Origin: Sumerlaeia bacterium
Lineage (GTDB): Bacteria; Sumerlaeota; Sumerlaeia; SLMS01; JAHLLQ01
Length of the DNA stretch: 50,841 nt
NCBI GenBank assembly: GCA_040219255.1
Contig: JAVJSW010000072.1
Span: 1 to 50,841 of the forward strand
Direction of reading: 5' to 3'
Shown here: piece after piece, positions 28,657 through 37,404 of the stretch
Layout: each line of letters begins with the position of its first letter
Numbering within the stretch: the stretch's first letter is position 1
Made by a program: the position numbers and the translations under genes
Notes under the pieces: model-generated
Seen by the model: only the letters and a program-made list of their open reading frames with translations
Database searches by the model: none
What the model was told of the DNA's origin: nothing

Positions 28657-28842
28657 GGCCGAGCCTGCGCGTTCCTTTGATAGATTTTCGCAAGGAACCG
28701 CGCTTTCCAGTTGCAATCGCTCCGGGCTTGCTTCACAGCTTCACCCGGATATGAGAGAAACACCCCTGCGAACGCTTCCCCTACGGACACTCGAAACCGC
28801 CACCCGGCGGCTTCCGTTCGTTCGAGTCTTCCCAGGCGTTTC

Positions 28843-28900
28843 GAAAACATAAGCCGTCCCTCGCCGCCAAACATTGGGCTGCGGGGGCGTTTTTGTTTTC
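28843..28900 (+). terminator. Long imperfect hairpin in the rpsO-pnp spacer
   Basis: GAAAACA...CGTCCCTCGC pairs with GCGGGGGCG...TGTTTTC; T-rich 3' arm. Confidence 0.5.
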
Positions 28901-29155
28901 TCCGGCGTAAAGAGTCCGGAATCTCATTTTCACAAGAATCGCGCGCCTGGCCGAAACCTGCGTGAGCCGAAGTCGGGATTTCCATGCGGCGCCAAGCCAA
29001 CCGCTTCCACCCCGGGAAGCCGTTTCGCTTGGCGCTGAATGCGAATCTCGATCGACCCAGTGGCTCCCCAATCGGCGGTGCGGAACCTCGCCGGAACGCA
29101 TCTCAAAGCGTTCCCGCATTCCCTGTCCACCCGATTGAGGAGACACCGATCACTT

Positions 29156-31864
29156 ATGGCTAGAAAACGTAGTAGCTCCAAGAAGGCGGCCACCGCCGCC
29201 ACCCCCGAAGCGCCGGAGACGACCGAAGCGCCCGCCGCCGAGAAGCCCGCGGCGAAGAAGGCGGCCCGCAAGTCCAGCGCCCGCAAGCCTGCGGCCACGC
29301 AGTCCGCGGCTCCCGCCGCCGCTGAAGCTCCGGCGGAGGCCCCGGCCGCGAAGAAAGCCTCCTCGCGCAGTCGCAAGTCCACCGGCCGCCAGGCCGCCAA
29401 GCCCGCCGCCTCACCCAAGGCCGGCGCCGTGACGGAAACCAAGGGACTGAATTTTACCGAATACGCCATCGAAGTGCCCTATGGCGACGGCAAGACGCTG
29501 GAGCTTAGCACCGGCAAACTGGCCAAGCAGGCCGGTGGCGCCGTGATGGCCAAGGTCGGCGGCACGGTCGTTCTGGCGGCCGTCGTCATGAGCGAGACGC
29601 CCAACGACCGCGATTTCCTGCCCCTGATGGTGGATTACCGCGAGAAGTTCTACTCCTCGGGCCGCATCCCCGGCAGCTTCTTCAAGCGCGAGTCGCGCCC
29701 CAGCGACATGGAAAGCCTGCGGGCCCGTCTGACGGACCGCACGCTGCGCCCGCTGTTCCCCAAGACGCTGCGCAACGAAATCATCGTGTCCATCACGGTG
29801 CTCTCGATGGATCTGGAGAACCCGGCGGAAGTCGTGGCCATGACGGCCGCCAGCGCCGCCCTCCACATTTCCAACATTCCCTTCAAGAAGCCCATCGCCG
29901 GTGTACGCGTCGGCCGCGTGGATGGCCAGTTCGTACTGAACCCGACCTTCCAGCAGATTGAAAACTGCGACATCAACCTGATCGTGTCCGGCCACGCCGA
30001 CGCGATCAACATGGTGGAAGCGGGTGCCCTGGAAGCCAGCGAGGCCGATATGGTCACGGGCCTGGAGATGGCGCACGACAATATCAAGCAGGTCACCGCG
30101 GGCATCGATTCGCTGCGCGCCGCCTGTGGCAAAGCCAAGGTGGTGCACACCGATCCGGAAGCGGACAAGGACCTGGTCAAGAAGGTCGAGAAGCTGTTCG
30201 CCCCGGCCCTGAAGGACATCCCTGGCATTCACAACAAGAAGGCCCGCGGCGTGCGTTTCAAAGAAGGCGTGGCCGCCGTGATGGAAGGCCTGGGCGAAGA
30301 GTACGCATCCCGCAAGGGCGAGGTCTCGGAAATCTGCCACGACCTCGACGAAGCGCAGATGCGCAAACTCGTCCTCACCAAGGGTCAGCGCGCCGACGGC
30401 CGCAAGCCCGACGAAATCCGCCCGATCTGGGGCGAGGTGGACGTTCTGCCGAGCGTTCACGGCTCCTCGGTCTTTACCCGTGGCGAGACGCAGGCCCTGG
30501 CCGTGACGACTCTCGGCACGCCGGAAGACAAGCAGATGGTGGACGACATCACCGGCGTCAGCCACAAGCGCTTCTTCCTGCACTATAACTTCCCCGGATT
30601 CAGCGTGGGCGAGGCCAAGCCCCCGCGCGGCCCAGGCCGGCGTGAAATCGGCCACGGCGCCCTCGCCGAGCGCGCCATCTCCGCCATTCTGCCCCCGCCC
30701 GACCAGTTCCCCTACACGATCCGCTCGGTGGTCGAGATTCTCGAGTCCAACGGCTCGTCGTCCATGGCGACGATCTGCTCGACGTCGATGGCTCTGATGG
30801 ACGCCGGCGTTCCGCTGGCGCGTCCCGTGGCCGGTATCGCGATGGGCTCGATCGTCAGCGAGGACGGCAAGAAAACCGCCATCCTGAGCGACATCCAGGG
30901 CATCGAGGACCACAGCGGCGACATGGACTTCAAGGTCGCCGGGTCCGAGAAGGGCATCACGGCCCTGCAGATGGACATCAAGATCGACGGCGTGACGAGC
31001 GACATGCTGGCCGCGGCGCTGAAGCAAGCGCGTGAAGGCCGCCTGCACATCCTGGGCGAAATGGCGAAGACGATCAACAAGACCCGCGTCGACATGAAGC
31101 CCCAGACGCCCCGCATGTCGATCATCCAGGTCCCCGTCGAACGCATCCGCGAAGTCATCGGCAGCGGCGGCAAAATCGTCCGCGGCATCCAGGAAGAAAC
31201 CGGCTGCAAAATCGAAATCGAGGACGATGGCAACATCTACCTCTCCGCCGCCAACGGCGAAGCGGTGGCCAAGGCCATCCAGATGGTGGACAACATCCTG
31301 CGCGTGCCCAAGGAAGGTGAAATCATCACCGGCCAGGTGGTGCGCACCATGGAGCATGGCGCCATCGTCAGCCTCTTCGGCAACACCGACGGCATGATCC
31401 ACATCAGCGAACTCGAACACCATCGCGTCGATACCGTGGAAGACGTCGTGAACGTCGGCGACACGGTGACCGTGAAGGTGCTGGAGATCGACAAGGAGCG
31501 CGGCCGCATCCGCCTGAGCCGCAAGGCTCTGCTGGAGAAATCCGGTGGTGGCGGCGGACGTGGTCCCTCGAGCCGCGACAACGACGACGTCCTTGACGCC
31601 GACCCGGAAGAGCCGGGCGACGACATCGGCAATCGCTCGGACAGCGGCGGTGGCCGTGGCCGCCGCAGCGGCGGCGGTGGTGGCCGAGGAGGCCGCGACC
31701 GTGGCGACCGCGGTGACCGTGGTGGCGATCGCGGAGACCGTGGTGGTGACCGCAGTGACCGTGGCGACCGTGGTGGCGACCGTGGTGGCGATCGTGCCGA
31801 ACGCGGTGAAGGTGGCGGAGGCCGCACCCGCCGTCCCCGCCCGCCGCGCCGCAAGAAGGACTAA
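29156..31864 (+). CDS. pnp: Polyribonucleotide nucleotidyltransferase with N- and C-terminal low-complexity extensions
   Basis: FLPLMVDYREK, FFKRE, RADGR, FTRGETQ, RREIGHG, ESNGSSSMA and GDMDFKVAG motifs, KH and S1 domains; GAGGAG RBS before MARKR. Confidence 0.97.
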   Translation: MARKRSSSKKAATAATPEAPETTEAPAAEKPAAKKAARKSSARKPAATQSAAPAAAEAPAEAPAAKKASSRSRKSTGRQAAKPAASPKAGAVTETKGLNFTEYAIEVPYGDGKTLELSTGKLAKQAGGAVMAKVGGTVVLAAVVMSETPNDRDFLPLMVDYREKFYSSGRIPGSFFKRESRPSDMESLRARLTDRTLRPLFPKTLRNEIIVSITVLSMDLENPAEVVAMTAASAALHISNIPFKKPIAGVRVGRVDGQFVLNPTFQQIENCDINLIVSGHADAINMVEAGALEASEADMVTGLEMAHDNIKQVTAGIDSLRAACGKAKVVHTDPEADKDLVKKVEKLFAPALKDIPGIHNKKARGVRFKEGVAAVMEGLGEEYASRKGEVSEICHDLDEAQMRKLVLTKGQRADGRKPDEIRPIWGEVDVLPSVHGSSVFTRGETQALAVTTLGTPEDKQMVDDITGVSHKRFFLHYNFPGFSVGEAKPPRGPGRREIGHGALAERAISAILPPPDQFPYTIRSVVEILESNGSSSMATICSTSMALMDAGVPLARPVAGIAMGSIVSEDGKKTAILSDIQGIEDHSGDMDFKVAGSEKGITALQMDIKIDGVTSDMLAAALKQAREGRLHILGEMAKTINKTRVDMKPQTPRMSIIQVPVERIREVIGSGGKIVRGIQEETGCKIEIEDDGNIYLSAANGEAVAKAIQMVDNILRVPKEGEIITGQVVRTMEHGAIVSLFGNTDGMIHISELEHHRVDTVEDVVNVGDTVTVKVLEIDKERGRIRLSRKALLEKSGGGGGRGPSSRDNDDVLDADPEEPGDDIGNRSDSGGGRGRRSGGGGGRGGRDRGDRGDRGGDRGDRGGDRSDRGDRGGDRGGDRAERGEGGGGRTRRPRPPRRKKD

Positions 31865-32145
31865 GCCGGAAGGGGCCTGACGGCCCTGGCTAAGTCTCCT
31901 GAAAGCAAAAGCTGAAGGATGGAACACCCCGCCGAGTGCGGGGTGTTTTTTTGTGTGCGCCCTTGGCGGAGTTTATCTTTTTCGGGAGCGTTGAACCGGA
32001 TCACGCGCCCCGGGTGTTGGCAGCGTTCCAGATCGAGGCCGTCGAAGCTCGGCCCTTCCATCAGGAAGCGAGGCAGCGGGCCAAAGGGAGATTCCGGTTC
32101 TGGCGTTTCGAACGTTGGTTGGGGTTCATCATTGGGATTCGCCAT
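31861..32145 (-). pseudogene. Small ORF, possible antitoxin remnant
   Basis: AGGAGA RBS before MANPNDE; FLMEGPSFDGLDLERCQHPGR resembles type II antitoxin tails; the frame runs through the pnp terminator. Confidence 0.25.
31923..31952 (+). terminator. Rho-independent terminator of pnp
   Basis: AACACCCCGC-cgagt-GCGGGGTGTT followed by a T run. Confidence 0.9.
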
Positions 32146-32236
32146 GTTCGTTCTCCTGAAAAACAAGATGGGCCCAAGAAGACCGATTTCGACCGACCGT
32201 CCACCGAAATGTGGCACGGGCACTCTTGCCCTTGTT

Positions 32237-32614
32237 CTACCACCCTTCGACTCCCCCTAAGGGAGCAAGTGACTCCAGCACCTCCTTCAGCACAACCGCG
32301 TGGCTGCGCCCCGGTTCCCGGGCGGCGGTCAGGAGCGTCAGCGTCCCCGCGCGCCCCTGCTCCGCCAGGTCCGCGAGGCGGTCGCCGTGGGCGTCCAGCT
32401 CTGCCCGGTAGCGGGCGCGGAACTCGGGCCAGCGTTCGTCGCGGCTGGCGTGAAACCATCGGCGCAGGTCGTGGCTGGGGGTGAGGTCCTTGAGCCAGCC
32501 GTCGAGCGCCGCCGCGTCGCGCTTGAGCCCGCGAGGCCAGAGGCGGTCGATGAGCAGCCGCGTGCCGTCGCGTTCGCTGGGCGGGTCGTAAACGCGTTTG
32601 ATCAGGATGGGCAT
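32237..32614 (-). CDS. DUF488/YeaO family protein
   Basis: IKRVYDPPSERDGTRLLIDRLWPRG, WLKDLTPSHDLRRWF and SHAVVL motifs. Confidence 0.92.
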   Translation of the reverse strand: MPILIKRVYDPPSERDGTRLLIDRLWPRGLKRDAAALDGWLKDLTPSHDLRRWFHASRDERWPEFRARYRAELDAHGDRLADLAEQGRAGTLTLLTAAREPGRSHAVVLKEVLESLAPLGGVEGW

Positions 32615-32705
32615 GAAAAAGCTCCGAAGGGGCGATTTCGAGCCACCTTCGGAGCTTGGCACTGGACTTCAACCGCTCGGATGCCGGTCCGGGCAATTGG
32701 TCACC

Positions 32706-35693
32706 TCATGGGGCGATGTGCAGAAAGGTCGTGTGATAGAGCAGGTCGTCGTTCGTGACGTCGGAAGACTGCGGCGGCACCCAGGTTCCGCCACGGAGTC
32801 GGACCCAGACGCGGTTTCCGGTGGTGTCCCGCCAGTAGGTTTCTCCCACCGATTCGATCACGGCCTCCAGGCTTGCGACTTCGCTATAGACGGTGAAGGC
32901 CCCGTTTCCCGGATAGCGCAGATAGACATTCGGGTCGATGGACCCATCGAATTGAACACCCACCACCACGGTGTCGTCTTCCGTCATCAGGTTCTCCACC
33001 GTCATGCGGACATTGGTGGGATGGGTGATGCCAAAGGGATCGCCGGGGAAATCGAGTTCGTAGAGACCGGTCGGATGGGCGGCGAAGTCGCGCATGTGCT
33101 GGAGGAACATGCCCGGTTGATCGCCCGCGCCGACGCGCCAAGTGGCCACTTCGTTCATGTCCAGGTCGAGCCGCCGCACCTCGATCGCCATCAGGTCGTC
33201 GAAGTCCATGTTCTGGGGCGGCGTCCCACCCTGACCGTGAAGAACGAAGCCATGGAAGCCATAGAAGGGGCCCGGCACGCTGACGCCGCCGGACTCGGCG
33301 GGCGTTGGCGCGACTTCCGTCACGGTCAGCCCATGGATCAGGAACGGCGTATTGTAAACGAACCATTGTCCCGCCGGCCCCCACTGGCCGTCCGGATCCC
33401 AGAGGGCACTGGCCAGTGTGTACCAACTGGCGAACTCCTGATAACTGAACTGATTGCTGAATCGGGCCGTCAGTTTGTATCCCGGATGGGAGTTATAAAC
33501 CACGTTGCCGATATTTCGGGTGGTGCCTTTCTCCACGGCACGGGTGTAGTAATCGTCCGTTGCGAAGACGCCGCTCCGCTTGCCCGTGACCAGCGGGAAA
33601 TTCAGCGCCAGGTTGTGCTGGATGTCGAAGGTGCTGTGGTACGTGGCGAAGGCTGAAATGGTCGGATCGCCAGCGTCGTTGGGGCGGAACCCGCCGCTGT
33701 CGTTCAAGCTGGTGCCGACCACGAGACAGCGCTGGATGATGCCGTCAATGCCGGAACCGGCGAAGAAGCGCTGGCAATTGTCGGCGGACACGCACTCGGT
33801 GTTGGTGGGCACGGTGGCGCGGTCCCAGATGCCGCTGTTGCCGCATTTCCAGACCTGATAGCGATTCAGGTGGAAGCGCTCGATCGCGGTAAACCCGATG
33901 CCGGATGGAGAATCGGTGGACCAGTACTGGAGCTGCTGGACCAGCCCGCCATGATCGCTGCCGGGGTCAAAGGCCACCTCCGGCCCATCGAGCATGATGC
34001 CCTCGTTTCGTGTCGTGTGGGCCGTGTTATCGTCGAACACACCAAAGGTCACGCGGTTGGGCACGACGGCGACTTCGTTGCAGAGGCCTTGGGGCGTCGG
34101 TGGAAAGGCCAGCCAATAACCAAAGGCCTGGCAATCGGCAGCGATATTGTTGGTCAGGACATTGTCCGGGTTGCTGATCCAGAACCCGCTCGACCCGGTG
34201 GCCAGGCCAAACAGGTCGTTTCGCTCGTGAATCCTCAGCGCATTGGCTGGCGTGGGGTTACGGACTTTCAGGACCACGTTGCCGTCGAAGGTGTTGCGGC
34301 GCTCGACGGCGTCCTCCGTGAACACGCCATGGCCGAGCACATCGAATACGATGTTGTCTTCGACGAGAAGCCCGTTCGTGCCGTGGATTACGAGGCCGCG
34401 GTTGGCGGATTGGTTGACGACGGAGCGGCGGATGTATTCGCCCGACAGATCCGCCAGCATGGACGGCCCGGAGCCGCTGTAGCTGCGCAGGTGCTGGTGA
34501 TAGGGATATCGCCCCAGGCGCCCGGCCTGGCCGGCGCGGCGGAATTCCACGCCGTCCACCGTGGCGAAGGATGTGGGTCCCATCACCATGACGTGGACGC
34601 CGTAGCCGCTGTTCTGCCACAGGGTGTCGTCGGGGGCCTGGATGACAATGTTGCGGGTCAGGTTCGCCACCACGGCGCGCTGGTCCAGCACCATCGGGGT
34701 ACCGGCCATTTCCGGGGTCAGGACGATGGACTCGTCGGGCGTCAGGCTCATGCCGGTGGCCGTGGGATATTGCAGAAGCCCCCAGCGGAAGGTCGCCAGC
34801 GTCTCGGCGGTCGTGATCTGCTGGCCCGCGACGGCGGTCAGGGTCAGGCGCTCGGTCTCGGAAACGCCGTAGAAGTCCGTCGGCGCGATGGCGATCTGAT
34901 CGCCGCTGGACCAGTCCGGGGTCTCGATCAGGTCAAAGGTGCTGGCGCCCGCGTTGGCGTGGGCTCCGATCTTGGTCCAGAGGACCTCCGGCGGCGCACC
35001 ATGCAGCGACAGCGTGCCGCCCATGACCATGATGCCGCGATTCACCGTTCCCATGCCCATGATGTTGGCGTCCGGGTTGTCGCCCGTAAGCGTCAGGACG
35101 GCGCTGTGGGTGAAGGGGTGGGCCTCCGTGCCGATTTGCAGCGTCCCGTGGAGCATGATCCAGTCGGCGGTAAGTTCGAGGTCCTGATCGTCGAAGACGA
35201 GCGAGCCCTCGATCATCAGCCCGTTGAGGTCCGGGGGCGATTCATCCAGCAGAACGTTCATCGCATGGCCGATGGTGACCACATCGCCGGCCTGCGGCTT
35301 GGTGCCGCCCCAGGTCGCCGGGTCGGACCAGAGCAGACACCCGGCGCAGGAGCCGTCGTCGGCGAGGACGCGGACCACCGCGTTCGGCAGGTGAATGCCG
35401 GGCAGGTCCTGGCTGATGTCCCAGACGATTTCCTTGCCGGTGCCGGGGGAAATGGCGGCGCCGATGTCGCCGCCGACGCTTTCCGGGATGATGGTGAAGG
35501 TGGCGCCACCATCGGCGGAGACTTCCAGCGAGACCTCGCAATCGCCCTGCGGCGAGGCAAGATCGTAGGTCACGACGACTTCGCTGCCGCCGGTTTCGGA
35601 GGGTTGCTGCGCGAATTGCACGTTGGAGACAACGGGCGCCGCCATCACCGCCGAGGCGGCGAGGGTGAGGAGGAACGCGAGAAGGGTTTTCAT
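32706..35693 (-). CDS. Secreted G8-domain beta-helix protein (TMEM2/fibrocystin-like) with N-terminal Ig-like module
   Basis: Signal peptide MKTLLAFLL...VMA; WSDPATWGG G8 start, LTRNIVIQ, GRLGRYPYHQH, RGLVIHGTN and FWISNPDN. Confidence 0.85.
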   Translation of the reverse strand: MKTLLAFLLTLAASAVMAAPVVSNVQFAQQPSETGGSEVVVTYDLASPQGDCEVSLEVSADGGATFTIIPESVGGDIGAAISPGTGKEIVWDISQDLPGIHLPNAVVRVLADDGSCAGCLLWSDPATWGGTKPQAGDVVTIGHAMNVLLDESPPDLNGLMIEGSLVFDDQDLELTADWIMLHGTLQIGTEAHPFTHSAVLTLTGDNPDANIMGMGTVNRGIMVMGGTLSLHGAPPEVLWTKIGAHANAGASTFDLIETPDWSSGDQIAIAPTDFYGVSETERLTLTAVAGQQITTAETLATFRWGLLQYPTATGMSLTPDESIVLTPEMAGTPMVLDQRAVVANLTRNIVIQAPDDTLWQNSGYGVHVMVMGPTSFATVDGVEFRRAGQAGRLGRYPYHQHLRSYSGSGPSMLADLSGEYIRRSVVNQSANRGLVIHGTNGLLVEDNIVFDVLGHGVFTEDAVERRNTFDGNVVLKVRNPTPANALRIHERNDLFGLATGSSGFWISNPDNVLTNNIAADCQAFGYWLAFPPTPQGLCNEVAVVPNRVTFGVFDDNTAHTTRNEGIMLDGPEVAFDPGSDHGGLVQQLQYWSTDSPSGIGFTAIERFHLNRYQVWKCGNSGIWDRATVPTNTECVSADNCQRFFAGSGIDGIIQRCLVVGTSLNDSGGFRPNDAGDPTISAFATYHSTFDIQHNLALNFPLVTGKRSGVFATDDYYTRAVEKGTTRNIGNVVYNSHPGYKLTARFSNQFSYQEFASWYTLASALWDPDGQWGPAGQWFVYNTPFLIHGLTVTEVAPTPAESGGVSVPGPFYGFHGFVLHGQGGTPPQNMDFDDLMAIEVRRLDLDMNEVATWRVGAGDQPGMFLQHMRDFAAHPTGLYELDFPGDPFGITHPTNVRMTVENLMTEDDTVVVGVQFDGSIDPNVYLRYPGNGAFTVYSEVASLEAVIESVGETYWRDTTGNRVWVRLRGGTWVPPQSSDVTNDDLLYHTTFLHIAP

Positions 35694-36169
35694 TCGAGGA
35701 CACTCCAATCCGCGACGGAGGCCCCGGCGGCAAAGGACACGGCGCCATCGCCGGTGCCCGCCATGCCCGAAGGCTCGGCGGAGCGGTTGCCGAGCAGATC
35801 GACGGCGACCAATTCGAAGTAATACATGCCGTGGTTGGCCGGTTCCGAGCCGGGGGGCGTGAAGGCGAACTGGCCGCCGCCGCCGGTTAGGAACAGCCCG
35901 GAATAGGTCCAGGGTTGCGAGTCGGTGCGGAACCACAGCTCGACCGCGCCAAGGCCTGTCAGCGGATCCGCCGCCCCGGAATAGGGCAGCAGGATGGGCG
36001 AGGCGGGAGCCGAGGGCGGAGTAGTCAGCGTGCCGGGTTCAGGCGCGAGCGTCTCGAGCGGACCAGCCGCCGAATCGCCCGAACCCACGGCGGCCAAAGC
36101 CGCCACGGCGGACGAGGCCACCAGGCCCCAAAGCGCCAACCGCAAGAGAGGGAAAGAAGATCGAATCAT
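35690..36169 (-). CDS. Small secreted Ig/FN3-like protein ending ASVADWSVLE
   Basis: Hydrophobic signal peptide; GLGAVELWFR and YYFELVAVDLLGN strand motifs; its TGA overlaps the ATG of the G8 gene. Confidence 0.75.
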   Translation of the reverse strand: MIRSSFPLLRLALWGLVASSAVAALAAVGSGDSAAGPLETLAPEPGTLTTPPSAPASPILLPYSGAADPLTGLGAVELWFRTDSQPWTYSGLFLTGGGGQFAFTPPGSEPANHGMYYFELVAVDLLGNRSAEPSGMAGTGDGAVSFAAGASVADWSVLE

Positions 36170-36388
36170 AGAAGCACCTGTATTATCGACCGGCCAAACG
36201 ATTATCGAGGGAGGGACCGGTCTAAGTATCGCCTGCAATCCTGAGGGCTCCCGCCGCTTTGCGCAACTGACCGAAAGGTCAGGTCGAAGCCGGGGACCTG
36301 ACCTTTCGGGTAGTTGTGCGCGCATCCGGCTCGATGCAACGTGGGTGATTATTCCGTTATTCTCTTCTAACAAAGGAACGATTCGCCA

Positions 36389-37351
36389 ATGAAGGTACCG
36401 TTTGTGCTCCCCATCCTTGCCGCCATGACCCTCGGGACGTCCGCCACACTGCTGGCGGCGGACCCGCTGCAAGCCCTGAACGATGAATTCGAGACCGATT
36501 CCCTCACCGATTGGTCGCGCGTCAAAGACGCGGAAATGTGGCCCAACGAGCAGTTGGAAGTCCTCGACATCGACGTCACGCGAGACGGTTGGATGACGAT
36601 GGTGCCGTACACGAACGGCTGGTACGAAGACTATCGCGGGCCCCTCGTCTTCAAGGAAGTGACAGGTGACTTCGTCGTCACGACCCGCGTCCAGGCAACG
36701 AACCGCGCTGGCACCGGCGCTCCGGAGCGCAGCTATTCCCTGGCCGGGCTCATGATCCGCGCCCCCCGGGCCATTACGCCCGCCACCTGGACAGCGGGGG
36801 GAGAGAAGTATTCCTTCCTCTCCATCGGATCGGCAAACACGCCGGGCACTTTCCAGTACGAAGTGAAGTCGACCTCCAACGAGGACGAACTCCCTGAATA
36901 CTCGCGCCTCGACATCAGCGCCAGCGATTGCTCCTGCGGCGATACGCTGCTGCAAACCGCCCGCCTCGGCCAGTATGTCATCCAGCTCGCCAAGACCGCG
37001 ACCGGCGACTGGCGTATTGTGAACCGCTATCGGCGGCCCGATCTGCCGGCCGTTCTCCAGGTCGGCTTCGTCACTTATACCGATTGGCCGAACGTGGAAA
37101 TCACCCCCGTCGAAACCCACAACACCACGACTCTGACCGAGGTCTTAGGTCAGCCCGGCGTACCCACCCAGCCTGACCTGCGCGCTCAGTTCGAGTACAT
37201 TCGCTTCCTGACGCCCGAAGTCCCTCCCGTCTTTGCGGGCCTGGACTTGGCCAACGCGGCGGAGGTCTCCGATGCGGAGTTGCTTTCCTTCCTCGGCGAA
37301 AACGCCGTGAGCGCCTTCGCTTCCGTGGGCGATTTCTGGATGGCGTTCTAG
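36389..37351 (+). CDS. Secreted protein, probable concanavalin-like beta-sandwich, ending ASVGDFWMAF
   Basis: Signal peptide; LNDEF, GPLVFKEVTGDF, AGLMIR and LQVG motifs typical of DUF1349/ConA-like domains. Confidence 0.7.
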   Translation: MKVPFVLPILAAMTLGTSATLLAADPLQALNDEFETDSLTDWSRVKDAEMWPNEQLEVLDIDVTRDGWMTMVPYTNGWYEDYRGPLVFKEVTGDFVVTTRVQATNRAGTGAPERSYSLAGLMIRAPRAITPATWTAGGEKYSFLSIGSANTPGTFQYEVKSTSNEDELPEYSRLDISASDCSCGDTLLQTARLGQYVIQLAKTATGDWRIVNRYRRPDLPAVLQVGFVTYTDWPNVEITPVETHNTTTLTEVLGQPGVPTQPDLRAQFEYIRFLTPEVPPVFAGLDLANAAEVSDAELLSFLGENAVSAFASVGDFWMAF

Positions 37352-37404
37352 GGGACGTTTGGGTCTTTTGGGAGAAGCTTCCCGGACAAGGACCCCGCCG
37401 CCCG

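Noticed and set aside
29411-31927. 838-aa minus-strand ORF
   Set aside because: Antisense shadow of pnp.
32212-32229. TGGCACG...TTGC as a sigma-54 promoter
   Set aside because: GG-to-GC spacing is 13 nt rather than 10; better read as a small GGGCA/TGCCC hairpin.
36170-37120. Upstream extension of the 35690 ORF (476 aa)
   Set aside because: Antisense to the 36389 gene; the signal peptide begins at 36169.
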